Below, in pieces: positions 37,503 to 47,895 of a DNA stretch of 64,000 nucleotides. Origin of the DNA: Candidatus Methylomirabilota bacterium (GTDB lineage: Bacteria > Methylomirabilota > Methylomirabilia > Rokubacteriales > CSP1-6); the NCBI GenBank assembly GCA_036506275.1, contig DASXSB010000013.1, forward strand, positions 65,393 to 129,392. The letters run 5' to 3'. Below the pieces are notes generated by a model. That model was not told the DNA's origin. It searched no databases and was given only the letters and a program-made list of their open reading frames with translations. Within the stretch, counting starts at the first letter, position 1, and each line of letters starts with the position of its first letter. The position numbers were made by a program, and so were the translations under genes.

Positions 37503-38290
37503 CGTACACCCAGGGCATCGTTCTCGGGATCGTCCAGGGCCTGACGGAGTTCCTGCCCGTCTCGTCGTCGGGCCATTTGATCCTCGTCCCCCACGTCTTC
37601 GGCTGGCCCGATCAGGGCCTCGCCTTCGACGCCGTGATGCACCTCGGCACCCTCGCCGCCCTCGTCGCCTATTTCCGCTTCGAGCTCATCGCCATGCTCA
37701 CGGGCGCGATGTCGCGGCGCCTCGCCGTCCTGCTCGTCGTCGCGACCATCCCCGGCGTGATGGCCGGCTTGCTCTTCGAGAAGATCGTGGAAGCGCGCCT
37801 GCGCTCTCCGCTCGTGATCGCGGTGTCGACGGCGCTGTGGGCGATCGTGATGTGGATCGCCGATCGGCGGGCGCGGCCGCCGGCGCCGCTGCCCGGCGAT
37901 CCCGTGGAGCGCGTGAGCTGGGGCCAGGGCATCGCGGTCGGGATCGCGCAGGCGCTCGCGCTCATCCCGGGCACGTCGCGCTCCGGCATCACCATCACCA
38001 CGGGCTTGTTCGCCGGCCTCGACCGCGCCACCGCCGCCCGCTACGCGTTCCTGCTCGGCATCCCGATCACCGCCGGCGCCGGCGCCTGGAAGGGGCTCAA
38101 GCTCCTGCGCGACGGCATCCCGGCCGGGGAAGCGGGCGCGCTGCTGGTCGCGCTGATCGCGGCGTTCCTGAGCGGGTGGTTCGCGGTGTGGTTCCTGGTG
38201 AGCTATCTCAAGCGCCACTCGCTGGCGCCGTTCGTGATCTACCGCCTGGTGCTCGCCGCCGTCATCGCCGCCGTCGTCCTGCATCGCTGA
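37498..38290 (+). CDS. uppP: undecaprenyl-diphosphate phosphatase UppP/BacA
   Basis: The GTG start overlaps the upstream stop (GTGA). GIVQGLTEFLPVSSSGHL and PGTSRSGITI are present. Confidence 0.9.
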
Positions 38291-38364
38291 GCCGGTCATC
38301 GTCCGGCATCGCGGAGCGGCGCCCGCACGGGGGTGGGCGTCGGTGTCGGCGGGAGAGGGTCGCC

Positions 38365-40710
38365 TCAGCGCGACTGGCGGACGCGATCGGGGAGCGCGCG
38401 CGCGGCCGCCTGGAACAGTCGCTCCCGCGTGAACGGCTTGCCCACGATCACGTCCACGTCGCGTACGTTTTTCTCGTCCAGCTCGTCGGCCCAGCCCGTG
38501 AGGAGAATCACGGGCACGCTGCGCCGGCGCTTCAGCTCGGCGGCGAGGGCAAGGCCCGTCATGCCCGGCATGCCGAGATCGGTGATGACGAGATCGACGG
38601 GCTCACGATCGAAGAGCGCGATTGCTTCCCGTCCGGAGGCGGCCGTGATCACGCTGTGGCCGCCGTGGACGAGCATTGCGCGCAAGACGTCGAGGACCTC
38701 GGGCTCGTCCTCGACGGCGAGGACGCGTACGGGCTCGAGGACGGGCAGGAGCACGGGACCGGCGGTGGGCTCCGCGCTGAGGGCGGGGAACGTCAGCGTG
38801 AACGTGGTCCCCACGCCCTCCCGGCTCGTGAGCGCGATGGCGCCGCCGTAGCGCTGCACGATCTCCTGGGCGAGGCTGAGGCCGAGCCCGGTGCCGCCAT
38901 CGCCGCCGCGCGTGGTGAAGAACGGCTCGAAGGCGAGCTTCTGCACCTGCTCGCTCATCCCCTTCCCGGTGTCGGAGACGGAGACGATCGCGCGCTTCTC
39001 GTCGCCGCGCACGTGCAGAGTGAGGCGGCCGCCGGTGGCCATGGCGGCGAGCGCGTTCTCGAGGATGTTGAGGAGCGCCTCGCGGATCTCGCTCGCCACC
39101 GCGAGGACGGGCGGCGCCGGCTCGATCTTGAGGTCGATCTCGTAGCGGATCCCCCGCCGCGCCGCCTCGTTGTCCCATTGCGGGCGCGTGAGCGCGAGCA
39201 ACTGCTCGACGACCTCGCGGAGCTGCACCGACTCCGGGCCCTTCACGCGCGCCGGCCGTGAGTACTCCTGGAGCCGCCGCACCGTGCCCACGCTGTCGGC
39301 GGCGCCCTGATTGATCACGGTGAGGGCGTGGGCCAGCTCGTCGCGCGCAATCGCCTCGCCCGCCGCCAGGCGCTCGAGCAGCATCTCCGTCCAGCCCAGC
39401 ACGGGCGTGAGGCGGTTGTTGATGTTGTGGGCCACGCCCGCCGCCAGCGAGCCGAGCGTCCGGAACTTCTGCTCGCGGATGACCCGGAAGCGCAACTCGT
39501 GCTCGCGTGTGATGTCGCGAAAGATCCCGATGCGCTGGGGACCGTCGCGCCCCTCCAGCGTGGACAGCGTCACGAACACGGGCCGGGGATCGCCGCTGCG
39601 CGTGATGAGGAGGATCTCGCCCTGGAAGGTGGGCTGGCGGAGCTGGGCGGAGAGGGCGGTGGTGTCCTGCGCGGTGGAGAGCAGCTCCGTCCACGGTCGC
39701 CCGCGGAGCTGCTCGGCGGAGCCGCCCACCATCTCGACGAAGGCCCGGTTCGCGAACACCACGCGGTCGGCGACGTCCGCCACCACCACCCCCTCGCCGA
39801 TGCGGCGCACGACGTCGGCCAGATCGCGCGCCTCGCCTTCCAGCCGCGCGTGCTCGATCGCCACCGCCACGCGATCGGCCACGATGCGGAGGAGACGGTC
39901 GACGCGGGGATCGATGCGCCGCGTGCGCCGCGCCATCTCGATGACGCCGATCGGGCTCCCCGCCACCACCAGCGGCGCCACCATCACCGACCGGAAGCCG
40001 CCTTCGCGCAGCGCGCGGTCCTCGACACGCGGATCGGTGGCGGCGCCATCCGGGATGAGCACCGGCGCCTGCGTGCTCATCGCGATCCCGGCCACGCCCT
40101 GGCCCAGCGCACGCGAGAGCGAGGGCAACCCGGTCGGGAAACCCACGGCGGCGCGCGCGCGCAGCTCGAGGGCGGCGTCGAGGAGACGGATGACGGCGGC
40201 GTCGGCGCCGAACACGTCGGCGGCGATCTCGACCATTCTCTGCAGCAAAACATCCGCGTTGGCGGCGGTGAGGCCGGCTTGCGCGATCTGGCCGAGGGCC
40301 TGCATCTCGCGCGTGCGGCGCTCGAGGAGACGGCTCGTGACGAGCGTGCGCGTGCGGGCGATCAGCTCCTCGGGCAGGAACGGCTTGGTCATGTAGTCGT
40401 CGGCGCCGTCGCGGAGGCCCCGCACGCGGGCGGCGGCACTGCTGAGGGCGCTTAGCACCAGCACGGACACGGACGAGAGGTCCGGCCGCGCGCGGAGGCG
40501 CTCGATGACGTCGTAGCCGCTCATCCCGGGAAGCATGAGATCGAGGACGAGGAGATCGATCTCGGGCGACAGCTCGAGCGTTTCGAAGGCGGCCTCGCCC
40601 GTCGGGACCCAGTCGACGACGTAGCCCTCCGCCTCCAGGAGATCGCGCAGGAGCGCGGACGTGTCCGGGTTGTCCTCGACGACCAGGATGCGCGCGGACT
40701 CCACGGTCAC
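38365..40710 (-). CDS. hybrid two-component protein: REC-GAF-PAS-HisKA-HATPase-REC
   Basis: The GTG start at 40710 overlaps the upstream kinase stop as GTGA. An N-terminal receiver (ILVVEDNPD...DLMLPGMSG), GAF, PAS, HATPase_c and a C-terminal receiver (VLAVEDEPE...DLGMPGMTG) are present. The 1356-aa track ORF is a fusion artefact. Confidence 0.8.
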   Translation of the reverse strand: MTVESARILVVEDNPDTSALLRDLLEAEGYVVDWVPTGEAAFETLELSPEIDLLVLDLMLPGMSGYDVIERLRARPDLSSVSVLVLSALSSAAARVRGLRDGADDYMTKPFLPEELIARTRTLVTSRLLERRTREMQALGQIAQAGLTAANADVLLQRMVEIAADVFGADAAVIRLLDAALELRARAAVGFPTGLPSLSRALGQGVAGIAMSTQAPVLIPDGAATDPRVEDRALREGGFRSVMVAPLVVAGSPIGVIEMARRTRRIDPRVDRLLRIVADRVAVAIEHARLEGEARDLADVVRRIGEGVVVADVADRVVFANRAFVEMVGGSAEQLRGRPWTELLSTAQDTTALSAQLRQPTFQGEILLITRSGDPRPVFVTLSTLEGRDGPQRIGIFRDITREHELRFRVIREQKFRTLGSLAAGVAHNINNRLTPVLGWTEMLLERLAAGEAIARDELAHALTVINQGAADSVGTVRRLQEYSRPARVKGPESVQLREVVEQLLALTRPQWDNEAARRGIRYEIDLKIEPAPPVLAVASEIREALLNILENALAAMATGGRLTLHVRGDEKRAIVSVSDTGKGMSEQVQKLAFEPFFTTRGGDGGTGLGLSLAQEIVQRYGGAIALTSREGVGTTFTLTFPALSAEPTAGPVLLPVLEPVRVLAVEDEPEVLDVLRAMLVHGGHSVITAASGREAIALFDREPVDLVITDLGMPGMTGLALAAELKRRRSVPVILLTGWADELDEKNVRDVDVIVGKPFTRERLFQAAARALPDRVRQSR

Positions 40711-42233
40711 GAGGCGGCCATCCGTTCCCGCACGAGGGTACCCGCGATGAGGCGCGCCAGCTCGTCCGGCGTGAAGGGCTTGGAGAGGTAGGCATCGCAA
40801 CCGGCGAGGAGAGCGGCTTCCCGCTCCTGCGAGCGCGCGAGGGCGGAAACCGCGATGATCGGCACCGAGCGCCCGCGCACGCTCTGCCGCAGCCGGCGGG
40901 CGACCTCCCAGCCACTCACGCGCGGGAGCATGAGGTCGAGCAGCACCAGCGTGGGCGGCCGCTCCAGCGCTTCCGCCACCGCCTCTTCGCCGTCCGCACA
41001 CACGGTGGCCTCGCCGCCGAGCATGTCCTCCACCACCGCGCGCATGAGCGCCTGGTTCTCCACCTCGTCCTCGACGATGAGGATGCGCCGTCCGGCGAGG
41101 ATGAGATCCACCGGCGCCTCTTCCTCGCGCGCGACGGCCGGAACCGAGGCCGTGGAGACGGGCAGCGTGAAGCTGAAGCGGCTCCCACGGTTCTCGCCCT
41201 CGCTCTCCGCGCGCACGAGGCCGCCGTGCAGCTCCACGAGCCGGCGCACGAGAGCGAGCCCGAGTCCCGACCCCCCGTGACGCCGCCGCATCGGCGACTC
41301 CACCTGGTAGAAGGGATCCCAGATGCGCGCGAGCTCGTCGCCCGGGATCCCCACGCCGGTGTCCTCCACGGCGACCCACACCTGCTCCTGATGACGTCCC
41401 GCCAGGACCCGCACGACGCCGCCGGACGGCGTGAACTTGACGGCGTTGCCGATCAGGTTCACCAGGATCTGCTGGAGGCGGCTGGGATCGACGTGGACGG
41501 GAGGGAGCCCGAGCCCGATCGCGTTCTCGAGGCGAATCTGCTTGCCCTGAGCGGCCACGCCCACCACCTGGATCACCTGGTCCACCACGTGCTTCAGCTC
41601 GGTCGGCCGCGGCTGGAGCTCGATGCGCCCCGCTTCCAGGCGCGACACGTCCAGGAGGTCGTTGATCAGATTCGTGAGCCGTTGCGCGCCCCGGAAGATC
41701 GCCTCCTGGTGCTCGAGCTGCTTTCCCGTGAGAGGCCCGTGCACCTGGCGGATGAGGAGGCGGCTGTAGCCGATGATCGCGGTGAGCGGCGTGCGCAGCT
41801 CGTGGCTCACCATCGCCAGGAACTCGGACTTGAGCTCGTCGAGGCGCCGGAGCTCGTCGTTGACCTGCGCGAGCGCGCGCGCCTCGCGCTCCTTGCGGGC
41901 GTACTCGGTCTCGTACTCGCGCACCGCCTCCGCGCTCTCGATCAGGATGTGGTAGCCGCGACGGAGCGCGAGAACGGCGCCCATGGCGACCACGCCGAGG
42001 CAGTCGGCGGCGACCACGAGCGGCGAGATCTCCGAGGGGTCGGCCACCGCCCGCACGCCGGCGCGGACGGCCAGCGCCGCAAACAGCACGCAGAAGACCA
42101 CGGCGAGCGGCCCCGGCCGCCGAGGACGGCGCGCGAGGATACCGCGCGCGATCAGCACGGCGACGACCAGCGACGTCGCGCCGAAGAGGACGTTTGCCAC
42201 GCGATAGAGTAGTTCGGTTGCCTGAGACGGCAT
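40707..42233 (-). CDS. hybrid sensor histidine kinase (TM-HisKA-HATPase-REC)
   Basis: The internal ATG (MPSQATELLYRV...) is the real start. HisKA MVSHELRTPL, HATPase DTGVGIP...GGSGLGLALV and receiver ILIVEDEVE...DLMLPRVSG are present. Confidence 0.8.
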   Translation of the reverse strand: MPSQATELLYRVANVLFGATSLVVAVLIARGILARRPRRPGPLAVVFCVLFAALAVRAGVRAVADPSEISPLVVAADCLGVVAMGAVLALRRGYHILIESAEAVREYETEYARKEREARALAQVNDELRRLDELKSEFLAMVSHELRTPLTAIIGYSRLLIRQVHGPLTGKQLEHQEAIFRGAQRLTNLINDLLDVSRLEAGRIELQPRPTELKHVVDQVIQVVGVAAQGKQIRLENAIGLGLPPVHVDPSRLQQILVNLIGNAVKFTPSGGVVRVLAGRHQEQVWVAVEDTGVGIPGDELARIWDPFYQVESPMRRRHGGSGLGLALVRRLVELHGGLVRAESEGENRGSRFSFTLPVSTASVPAVAREEEAPVDLILAGRRILIVEDEVENQALMRAVVEDMLGGEATVCADGEEAVAEALERPPTLVLLDLMLPRVSGWEVARRLRQSVRGRSVPIIAVSALARSQEREAALLAGCDAYLSKPFTPDELARLIAGTLVRERMAAS

Positions 42234-42691
42234 GAAGAAGATCCGTCCGTAAATATACACGGGCAACGCCGAGCCGATCGAGATCCATCGTCGGCACCGG
42301 TGGAAAAATTTTCCCAGACCGCGCGGGGGGCCGGATCGCGTCGGACCGGCGCCGGCCGCGCGCGTGCGTCGCCGCGGACGAATTGCGGGCGGACGGCGGC
42401 GGACGGGGCACGGCCCGCGCGCGAATGACCGGCACATTGTCACGCGAGTGACGGCGAACGTCCGGCGGGGCGCGATTGCAAAATCGCGCGCCCTTGTGTT
42501 TCCAGACAAAAGGCGGAGTACGGGTCGCGCCACCTGCGGCATGTAAGTTGCTTAAAACCGCGCCGGTGCGCTACACCTGGGTGCGGTCACTGCGGCTGGG
42601 CGACGGGCCGCTCGACGATCTCGACTTCCCCGACTCTTCCATAGACAGTGCGACCGGCGAAGGGATACACGCGCGCTCGTTCTTCCGGGGC

Positions 42692-43153
42692 GTGGCTGAT
42701 CCTGACCGCGGCGCCGTCTACTGTGTCCGGGGCGTTCAGGCGGGCGCGCCGCGTGTTCACGATCCCTCCCACCACACGCTCATCGTCGTCCGCGAATTTC
42801 GCCGCGTGCCGCTTCATGCCTCCGCCCTCGCCCTCATGATCTCCACCGCCCGTCCCGGTTGCGGCGCGCGGGTGGCGGCCGTGCTCGCCGAGTTCGCCGA
42901 GCGCGCGGTGAGTCTCTACCAGCCGGCGTACATGCTGCTCGCGCACTCGCTCGAGCAGCCGCGCATCTGCGTGCTCATGATGGCCGTGAACGAGAGCGCG
43001 GCGCTGCAGGCGGCCAGTCCCGCCGCCTTCAGCATCGAGAGTCTGCTGCCGGAGATGCGGCCGCTGCTCGTCGTCGAGCCCGAGTGGTACGCGTACTGCC
43101 CCGAGCCGCGCGCGGAGACTCTCTCGAGCCTCGTTTCGCCGCACGCCGTCTGA
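42692..43153 (+). CDS. ABM (antibiotic-biosynthesis-monooxygenase-like) domain protein, start uncertain
   Basis: The C-terminal ~100 aa fit the ABM pattern (TLIVVREF...ARPGC...ESAALQAASPAAFSIESLLPEMRPLLVVEPEWYAY). It sits in a lower-GC stretch. The overlapping minus-strand Arg-rich ORF was rejected. Confidence 0.45.
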   Translation: MADPDRGAVYCVRGVQAGAPRVHDPSHHTLIVVREFRRVPLHASALALMISTARPGCGARVAAVLAEFAERAVSLYQPAYMLLAHSLEQPRICVLMMAVNESAALQAASPAAFSIESLLPEMRPLLVVEPEWYAYCPEPRAETLSSLVSPHAV

Positions 43154-43235
43154 CCGGAGCGGGAGCCGTCCCGCTCTGATCGCAGGGCATCCGTGCGTAT
43201 TCGTGCTCATTATCCGCGCTCGAGCGGCGGCGGCC

Positions 43236-43266
43236 GTTGACAGCCGGCGGCGCCGTCGCCTAAAAG
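43236..43266 (+). promoter_or_regulatory. sigma70-like promoter TTGACA-N18-TAAAAG upstream of small PG-binding-like gene
   Basis: ttgacagccggcggcgccgtcgcctaaaag, with a strong GGGAGG SD 8 nt before ATG 43327. Confidence 0.35.
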
Positions 43267-43326
43267 GGCACCGATAGTTACCGGAGGACACGTGGCCATC
43301 CTCGCGGCTCGTGAGGGAGGTGCCAA

Positions 43327-43854
43327 ATGCCACGCGTGTTGCTCGTCGGCTCGGGCTCGCGCGCCATGTTCTACGTCGTCGACCGTCCGGTCGGCCGAAA
43401 CGCTCCCAACGACCGATTGGATGTGCTCCTCGTGCAGTACATGCTCCGGATCGTCACCGACAAGTTCGCCTCTACGGGGGCGATCGGGGCGCCAGTGGGG
43501 AATGTGGCTCCCACGGGCGGGCTCCGCGTGGCAACCCTGGCGCCCTCGAGCCCAGCGCCTTCGACGGCACCCCCGTCGTACACGCTGCCCGGCGGGTCCC
43601 CCATCATCATCGACGGGATCTGCGGCAACCAGACCATCGGCTTCATCGAATCCGTTCAAAAGCACTGGGGACTTCCCATCAACGGTCAGGTGTCGACGCC
43701 GACGGATAGGACGAACCAGACGCTCTCGAAGCTTTGCGCGGCTTTTGTCCCGTTGAACGCTCCGATCTACTCGGACCTGTCCAAGGACCCTGCGTTTCCG
43801 GGCGACCTCCGGACGCTCTTCTACGTTTATTACGGCTTTGGGGCGGATTTCTGA
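43327..43854 (+). CDS. hypothetical protein with peptidoglycan-binding-domain-like motif, in lower-GC islet
   Basis: 175 aa with GC ~62% against ~72% in the flanks. A strong SD is present. The segment IIIDGICGNQTIGFIESVQKHWGLPINGQVSTPTDRTNQTLSKL resembles the PG_binding_1 motif. Confidence 0.5.
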   Translation: MPRVLLVGSGSRAMFYVVDRPVGRNAPNDRLDVLLVQYMLRIVTDKFASTGAIGAPVGNVAPTGGLRVATLAPSSPAPSTAPPSYTLPGGSPIIIDGICGNQTIGFIESVQKHWGLPINGQVSTPTDRTNQTLSKLCAAFVPLNAPIYSDLSKDPAFPGDLRTLFYVYYGFGADF

Positions 43855-43886
43855 CCCATCACGCCGCGTCCCCGTTCCCGGCGGCG

Positions 43887-45027
43887 TCAGGCGTGCCGGC
43901 GAAGCGTCTCCACGAGGAGCTGGGCGGTGGCGACCATGTCCTTCACGTCGATCCACTCGTTGACGGTATGGATGTCACGCATGCCGCAGCCGAGGTTGGC
44001 GACTTCGAGGCCGTGGCCGTTCAGGACGTTGGCGTCCGAAGCGCCCCCGCTCGAACGCGTGCGCAGCGGCCGCCCGAGCGCGCGCGCGGCGTCGCGGAGC
44101 AGACCCACCACCGGCGCGTCGTCCGCAATCCGTAATCGCTCGTAGTCGCGCGTGACCTTGGTCTCCACGCGCGCGCGGTGGGGACCATCCTCGAGCACCA
44201 CGCCATGCCGGGCCGCCGCGCGCTCGAAGCACTCGGTCATGTGCGCGGTCTGGGCGTCGAGCTTCTCCGGGCTCAGGCTTCGCGTCTCGCCCCGCACGGT
44301 GACGCGGTTGGGGACGATGTTGATGGCGAGACCGCCCTCGATGAAGCCGATGTTGGCGGTGGTGTCGGCGTCCACGCGGCCCAGACGCATACCCGCGATC
44401 GCTTCCGCCGCCACCGCGATCGCGCTGACGCCGCGCTCGGGACAGAGGCCCGCGTGCGCTTCCAGGCCGTGGACGGTCACCGCCAGCTTGTTGGCGGCGG
44501 GCGCGCGCGTGATCAGCTCGTCCACGCCGTCGCAGTCGAGCACGAGCCCCGTCCGCGCGCGCAGACGCCGGACGTCGAAGTGCTTGGCGCCGAGCAGGCC
44601 CGTCTCCTCGCAGATCGTGAAGAGGACGTCGAGAGGGCCGTGCGGGATGCGCTGCTCCTGCACGACGCGAATCGATTCGAGAATCGCGACGATGCCCGAC
44701 TTGTCGTCGCCGCCGAGCACGGTGGTGCCGTCGGTGCGGATCACGTCGTCGCGCAGAACCGGCCGCACGTTCTCGCCGGGGACGACGGTGTCCATGTGCG
44801 CGGAGAGCAGGAACGGCGCCGCCGTGGAGGCGCTTGCCGGAAAGCGGGCGAGGAGGTTGCCGGTGTCGCCGCCCACGCGGTGGCCGGCGTCGTCGAGCTC
44901 CACCTGAGCGCCCATTCCCTCGAGCGTGCTCACGAGGCGCCGCGCCACCTCGCCTTCCCGGCGCGACACGCTCGACGTGCGCGCCAGCGCCAGGAACTCG
45001 TTCACCAGCCGCTCGCGATCGATCACG
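43887..45027 (-). CDS. pepT: peptidase T-like M20 family metallopeptidase
   Basis: The GTG start (VIDRERLVNEFLALAR) fits. SAHMDTV and GGDDKSG are M20B/PepT-like. The Arg-rich N-terminal part of the track ORF is spurious. Confidence 0.8.
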
Positions 45028-45742
45028 TCCTCTCCCCCAGGAAGCGCCCGAACCACGCGCGCGTGTGCGCGAGCGCCTCCGCCCGGTGCGCGGGCTCGGA
45101 GAACCGGTGGTCGGCGCCGCGCACGATCAGGAGGTCGCAGGGCTCGGCCGCGCGCGCGTGGAGCACGGCGCCGTGATCGACGGGCACCACGTCGTCCGCG
45201 TCGCCGTGCACGACGAGATGGCGCGCGACACCCGACGGCGCCTCCGCGTACCGGTGCTCGGCGATCTCGAGAACCAGGGGGAGGCCGAACCCCCGGCCGT
45301 CCGTCGTCTCGGACTGGATGAGGTCGGTGAGGCTGGAGGGCGCGTTCCACGTGACCACGGGCGTGCCGTCCGCGCGCTCGTGGGCGAGATGAAGCGCCAC
45401 GAAGCCCCCCATGCTGGAACCGAGAAGGCCGAAGCGACCGTCGAGGCGCGGGTGGGCGCGAAGCGTGTCGATCACCGCGCGCGCGTCCTCCAGCCGCGTG
45501 GCCGTCGTCGTTTCTTCCTCGTTCCCGCTCGACTCCCCGCAGCCGCGAAAGTCGAAGCGCGCGACGGCGAGGCCCTCGGCGGGAAGCTCGGCGCCGAGGG
45601 CGAGGTACTTGTCGCCGTCCTTCGAGGTGCCGAGGCCGTGACAGGCGACGATGCACGGCCCGCGCGCGCCGCCCGGGGGAAGATGGAGGACGAGGGCCAG
45701 CTTCCCGGCGGGAAGGGCGACCGTGTGCCGCTCTTCGCTCAC
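45023..45742 (-). CDS. alpha/beta hydrolase (dienelactone hydrolase/esterase-like)
   Basis: The GTG start at 45742 overlaps the tatD stop (GTGA). GLLGSSMGG is the nucleophile elbow, and HGDADDVVP is present. Confidence 0.75.
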   Translation of the reverse strand: MSEERHTVALPAGKLALVLHLPPGGARGPCIVACHGLGTSKDGDKYLALGAELPAEGLAVARFDFRGCGESSGNEEETTTATRLEDARAVIDTLRAHPRLDGRFGLLGSSMGGFVALHLAHERADGTPVVTWNAPSSLTDLIQSETTDGRGFGLPLVLEIAEHRYAEAPSGVARHLVVHGDADDVVPVDHGAVLHARAAEPCDLLIVRGADHRFSEPAHRAEALAHTRAWFGRFLGERT

Positions 45743-46524
45743 GCCCAGATGAGGTCGAACAGCCGGCAGGTGTTCTCGGAGAGCTGGAACATCACGTCGT
45801 CCACCGGCATCCGCTTCAGCTTCGCGACTTCCTCCGCCACCCGACCGCAGAGCCACGGCCCCGACGCCATGCCCGCGAACTCACCGCGGTACGGCCAGGG
45901 ACCGTCGCTCTCCACCAGCAGCGACTCGAGCGGCACCACCTCCACGAGCTGGCGATCGCGCTCGCGATACACGACTTCGGGCGTCACCGAGACGAAATAG
46001 CCCGCGTCCACGATGGCGCGCGTGACGTCGGCGGGCGCCTTGTGCCAGTGGAACACCGCGCGCTCGATGTCATGACGCTTGAGCGCTTCGAGGGCGAGGG
46101 TGGCGGCGCCGTGAGGGGCGTGGAGGACGACGGGAAGGTCGTAGCGCGCGGCGTGGCCGAGGAGCCGGCCCAGACGCACGCGCGCCCACGTCATCCGGGA
46201 GGGAGCGTCGGCCGCCTCCTCCAGCGAGTACCACGGCAACCCGATCTCGCCGAGGCCCACGATGCGCGAGTGGTGCTCGGCGAGCTGCGCCTCCACGCTC
46301 TCGATCTCGTCGTGCCCGAGATGCGCCCACTCGGGGTGGAAGCCGAGGCACGGCCACACCGCCTTCGGGAGCGCGGCGGCGGCGGCGAGGGTGCGCTCGT
46401 TGGTGGCGGCGTCGCAGCCGACGGCGACGGCACCCCACACGTCGAAGGTGTGGGCAGAGCGGATGGTCTCGCGGAGATCGGTGTACGCCGCATCGTGGAG
46501 ATGGCAGTGGCTGTCGATGACCAT
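45739..46524 (-). CDS. tatD: TatD-family metal-dependent hydrolase/DNase
   Basis: MVIDSHCHL... with the TatD His/Glu pattern; 261 aa. Confidence 0.9.
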   Translation of the reverse strand: MVIDSHCHLHDAAYTDLRETIRSAHTFDVWGAVAVGCDAATNERTLAAAAALPKAVWPCLGFHPEWAHLGHDEIESVEAQLAEHHSRIVGLGEIGLPWYSLEEAADAPSRMTWARVRLGRLLGHAARYDLPVVLHAPHGAATLALEALKRHDIERAVFHWHKAPADVTRAIVDAGYFVSVTPEVVYRERDRQLVEVVPLESLLVESDGPWPYRGEFAGMASGPWLCGRVAEEVAKLKRMPVDDVMFQLSENTCRLFDLIWA

Positions 46525-46538
46525 GCAAGCCCCCCGGG

Positions 46539-47885
46539 TCAGTTGCCTGCAACGACCATGCGACGGATCTTGAGGGTCGGCGACGACGTGCGATCGCGCA
46601 GCACGAGGTCGTTGCCGACGCCCTCGATGGCAGCGAACATCTCCAGCAGATTTCCGGCGACCGTCACCTCCTCCACCGGATACGCGAGCTTGCCGCCCTC
46701 GATCCAGAGGCCGGCCGCGCCCCGCGAGTAATCGCCGGTGACGCCGTTGACCCCGAAGCCGATCAACTCGGTGACGTAGAGGCCGTCTTCGACGGAGGCG
46801 ATCAGCTCCTCCGGCGGGGTAGGACCGGGCAGGAGCATGAGATTCGTGGTGGAGACGGTGACGCCGGCGCCGTCGCGCGCGGCGTGATGGGTCGATCCCA
46901 TGCCGAGCTTGCGCCCGCTGTAGCTGTCGAGCAGGTACGACTCGAGCACGCCGTCGTTGACGAGAACCGTACGCCGCGTCGCGAGGCCTTCGCCATCGAA
47001 GGGGCGCGAGCCGAGCGCGCCGGGCAGGAGACCATCGTCGACGATGGTCACCCCCGCGCTCGCCACGCGGGTGCCGAGGCGATCGAGCAGGAACGACGCG
47101 CGCCGGTAGAGCGCGGGCCCGCTCGCCGCGCCCGCCAGCGAGCGCAGGAGGCTGGCCGCGTTCTCGGGATCGAAGACGACCGGGACCTCGACCGTCCTGA
47201 CTTTGCGGGCGCCCAGGCGGCGCAGGGCGCGGCGGGCGGCCGTTTTCCCGATGCTGGCGGGATCGTCGAGGCGGCTCCGCTTGCGCGCCGCCGAGTACCA
47301 GTAGTCGCGCTGCATCTCGCCGTTCTGCGACGCCACCGGGGAGGCGCTCATGCTGAAGCTCGACGTCGCATACGACTTCACGAAGCCCGACGACGTCGCG
47401 TAGGCGTAGCGCGCGTGGCGATCGCTGAACTCAGCGCCCTCGGAGTTGGTGATGCGCGGATCGCTTTCGAGGGCGGCCGCCTCCGTCCGGCGCGCGAGGT
47501 CGATCTTTTCCTCCGGCGACAGCTCGTGGCCGGCGGCGTCCTCGAGGTCCAGCTCCGGCAGCCGCTCCACGAGATCGCCCGGCTCCGGCAGGCCCGCGTG
47601 CGGATCCTCGGCGGTGACGCGCGCCAGCGCCGTGGCCTCGTCCACCACCCGCTCCAGCGACGCCGCCGACAGGTCGGACGTGGACGCGGCGGCGGAGGCG
47701 CGGCCAGCGAAGACGCGCAGGGACAGGCGCTGATCGCGGGCGTGGGTGACGGTCTCCACCTCGCCGAGGCGCACGGTGGCCGAGAAATGCCGGTCTTCCA
47801 CGAGGAAGCCGTCGGCGGCGGTGGCTCCGCGCGCGACGGCGCGGCGAAGCACCGCGACGAGGACGTCGCTGTCGTGATCGCTCAC
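46539..47885 (-). CDS. pmbA: metalloprotease PmbA/TldE
   Basis: 448 aa with PmbA_TldD fold motifs. It is paired with tldD. Confidence 0.85.
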   Translation of the reverse strand: MSDHDSDVLVAVLRRAVARGATAADGFLVEDRHFSATVRLGEVETVTHARDQRLSLRVFAGRASAAASTSDLSAASLERVVDEATALARVTAEDPHAGLPEPGDLVERLPELDLEDAAGHELSPEEKIDLARRTEAAALESDPRITNSEGAEFSDRHARYAYATSSGFVKSYATSSFSMSASPVASQNGEMQRDYWYSAARKRSRLDDPASIGKTAARRALRRLGARKVRTVEVPVVFDPENAASLLRSLAGAASGPALYRRASFLLDRLGTRVASAGVTIVDDGLLPGALGSRPFDGEGLATRRTVLVNDGVLESYLLDSYSGRKLGMGSTHHAARDGAGVTVSTTNLMLLPGPTPPEELIASVEDGLYVTELIGFGVNGVTGDYSRGAAGLWIEGGKLAYPVEEVTVAGNLLEMFAAIEGVGNDLVLRDRTSSPTLKIRRMVVAGN

Positions 47886-47895
47886 GGGCGCGCCC

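Noticed and set aside
38603-40915. 770-aa ORF and the 1356-aa fused ORF over the kinase region
   Set aside because: The 770-aa ORF is an alternative frame. The 1356-aa ORF fuses two genes that are separated by a GTGA start/stop overlap at 40707-40710.
42587-43333. 248-aa minus-strand ORF opposite the ABM-like gene
   Set aside because: Arg-rich translation, versus a recognisable ABM-fold pattern on the plus strand.
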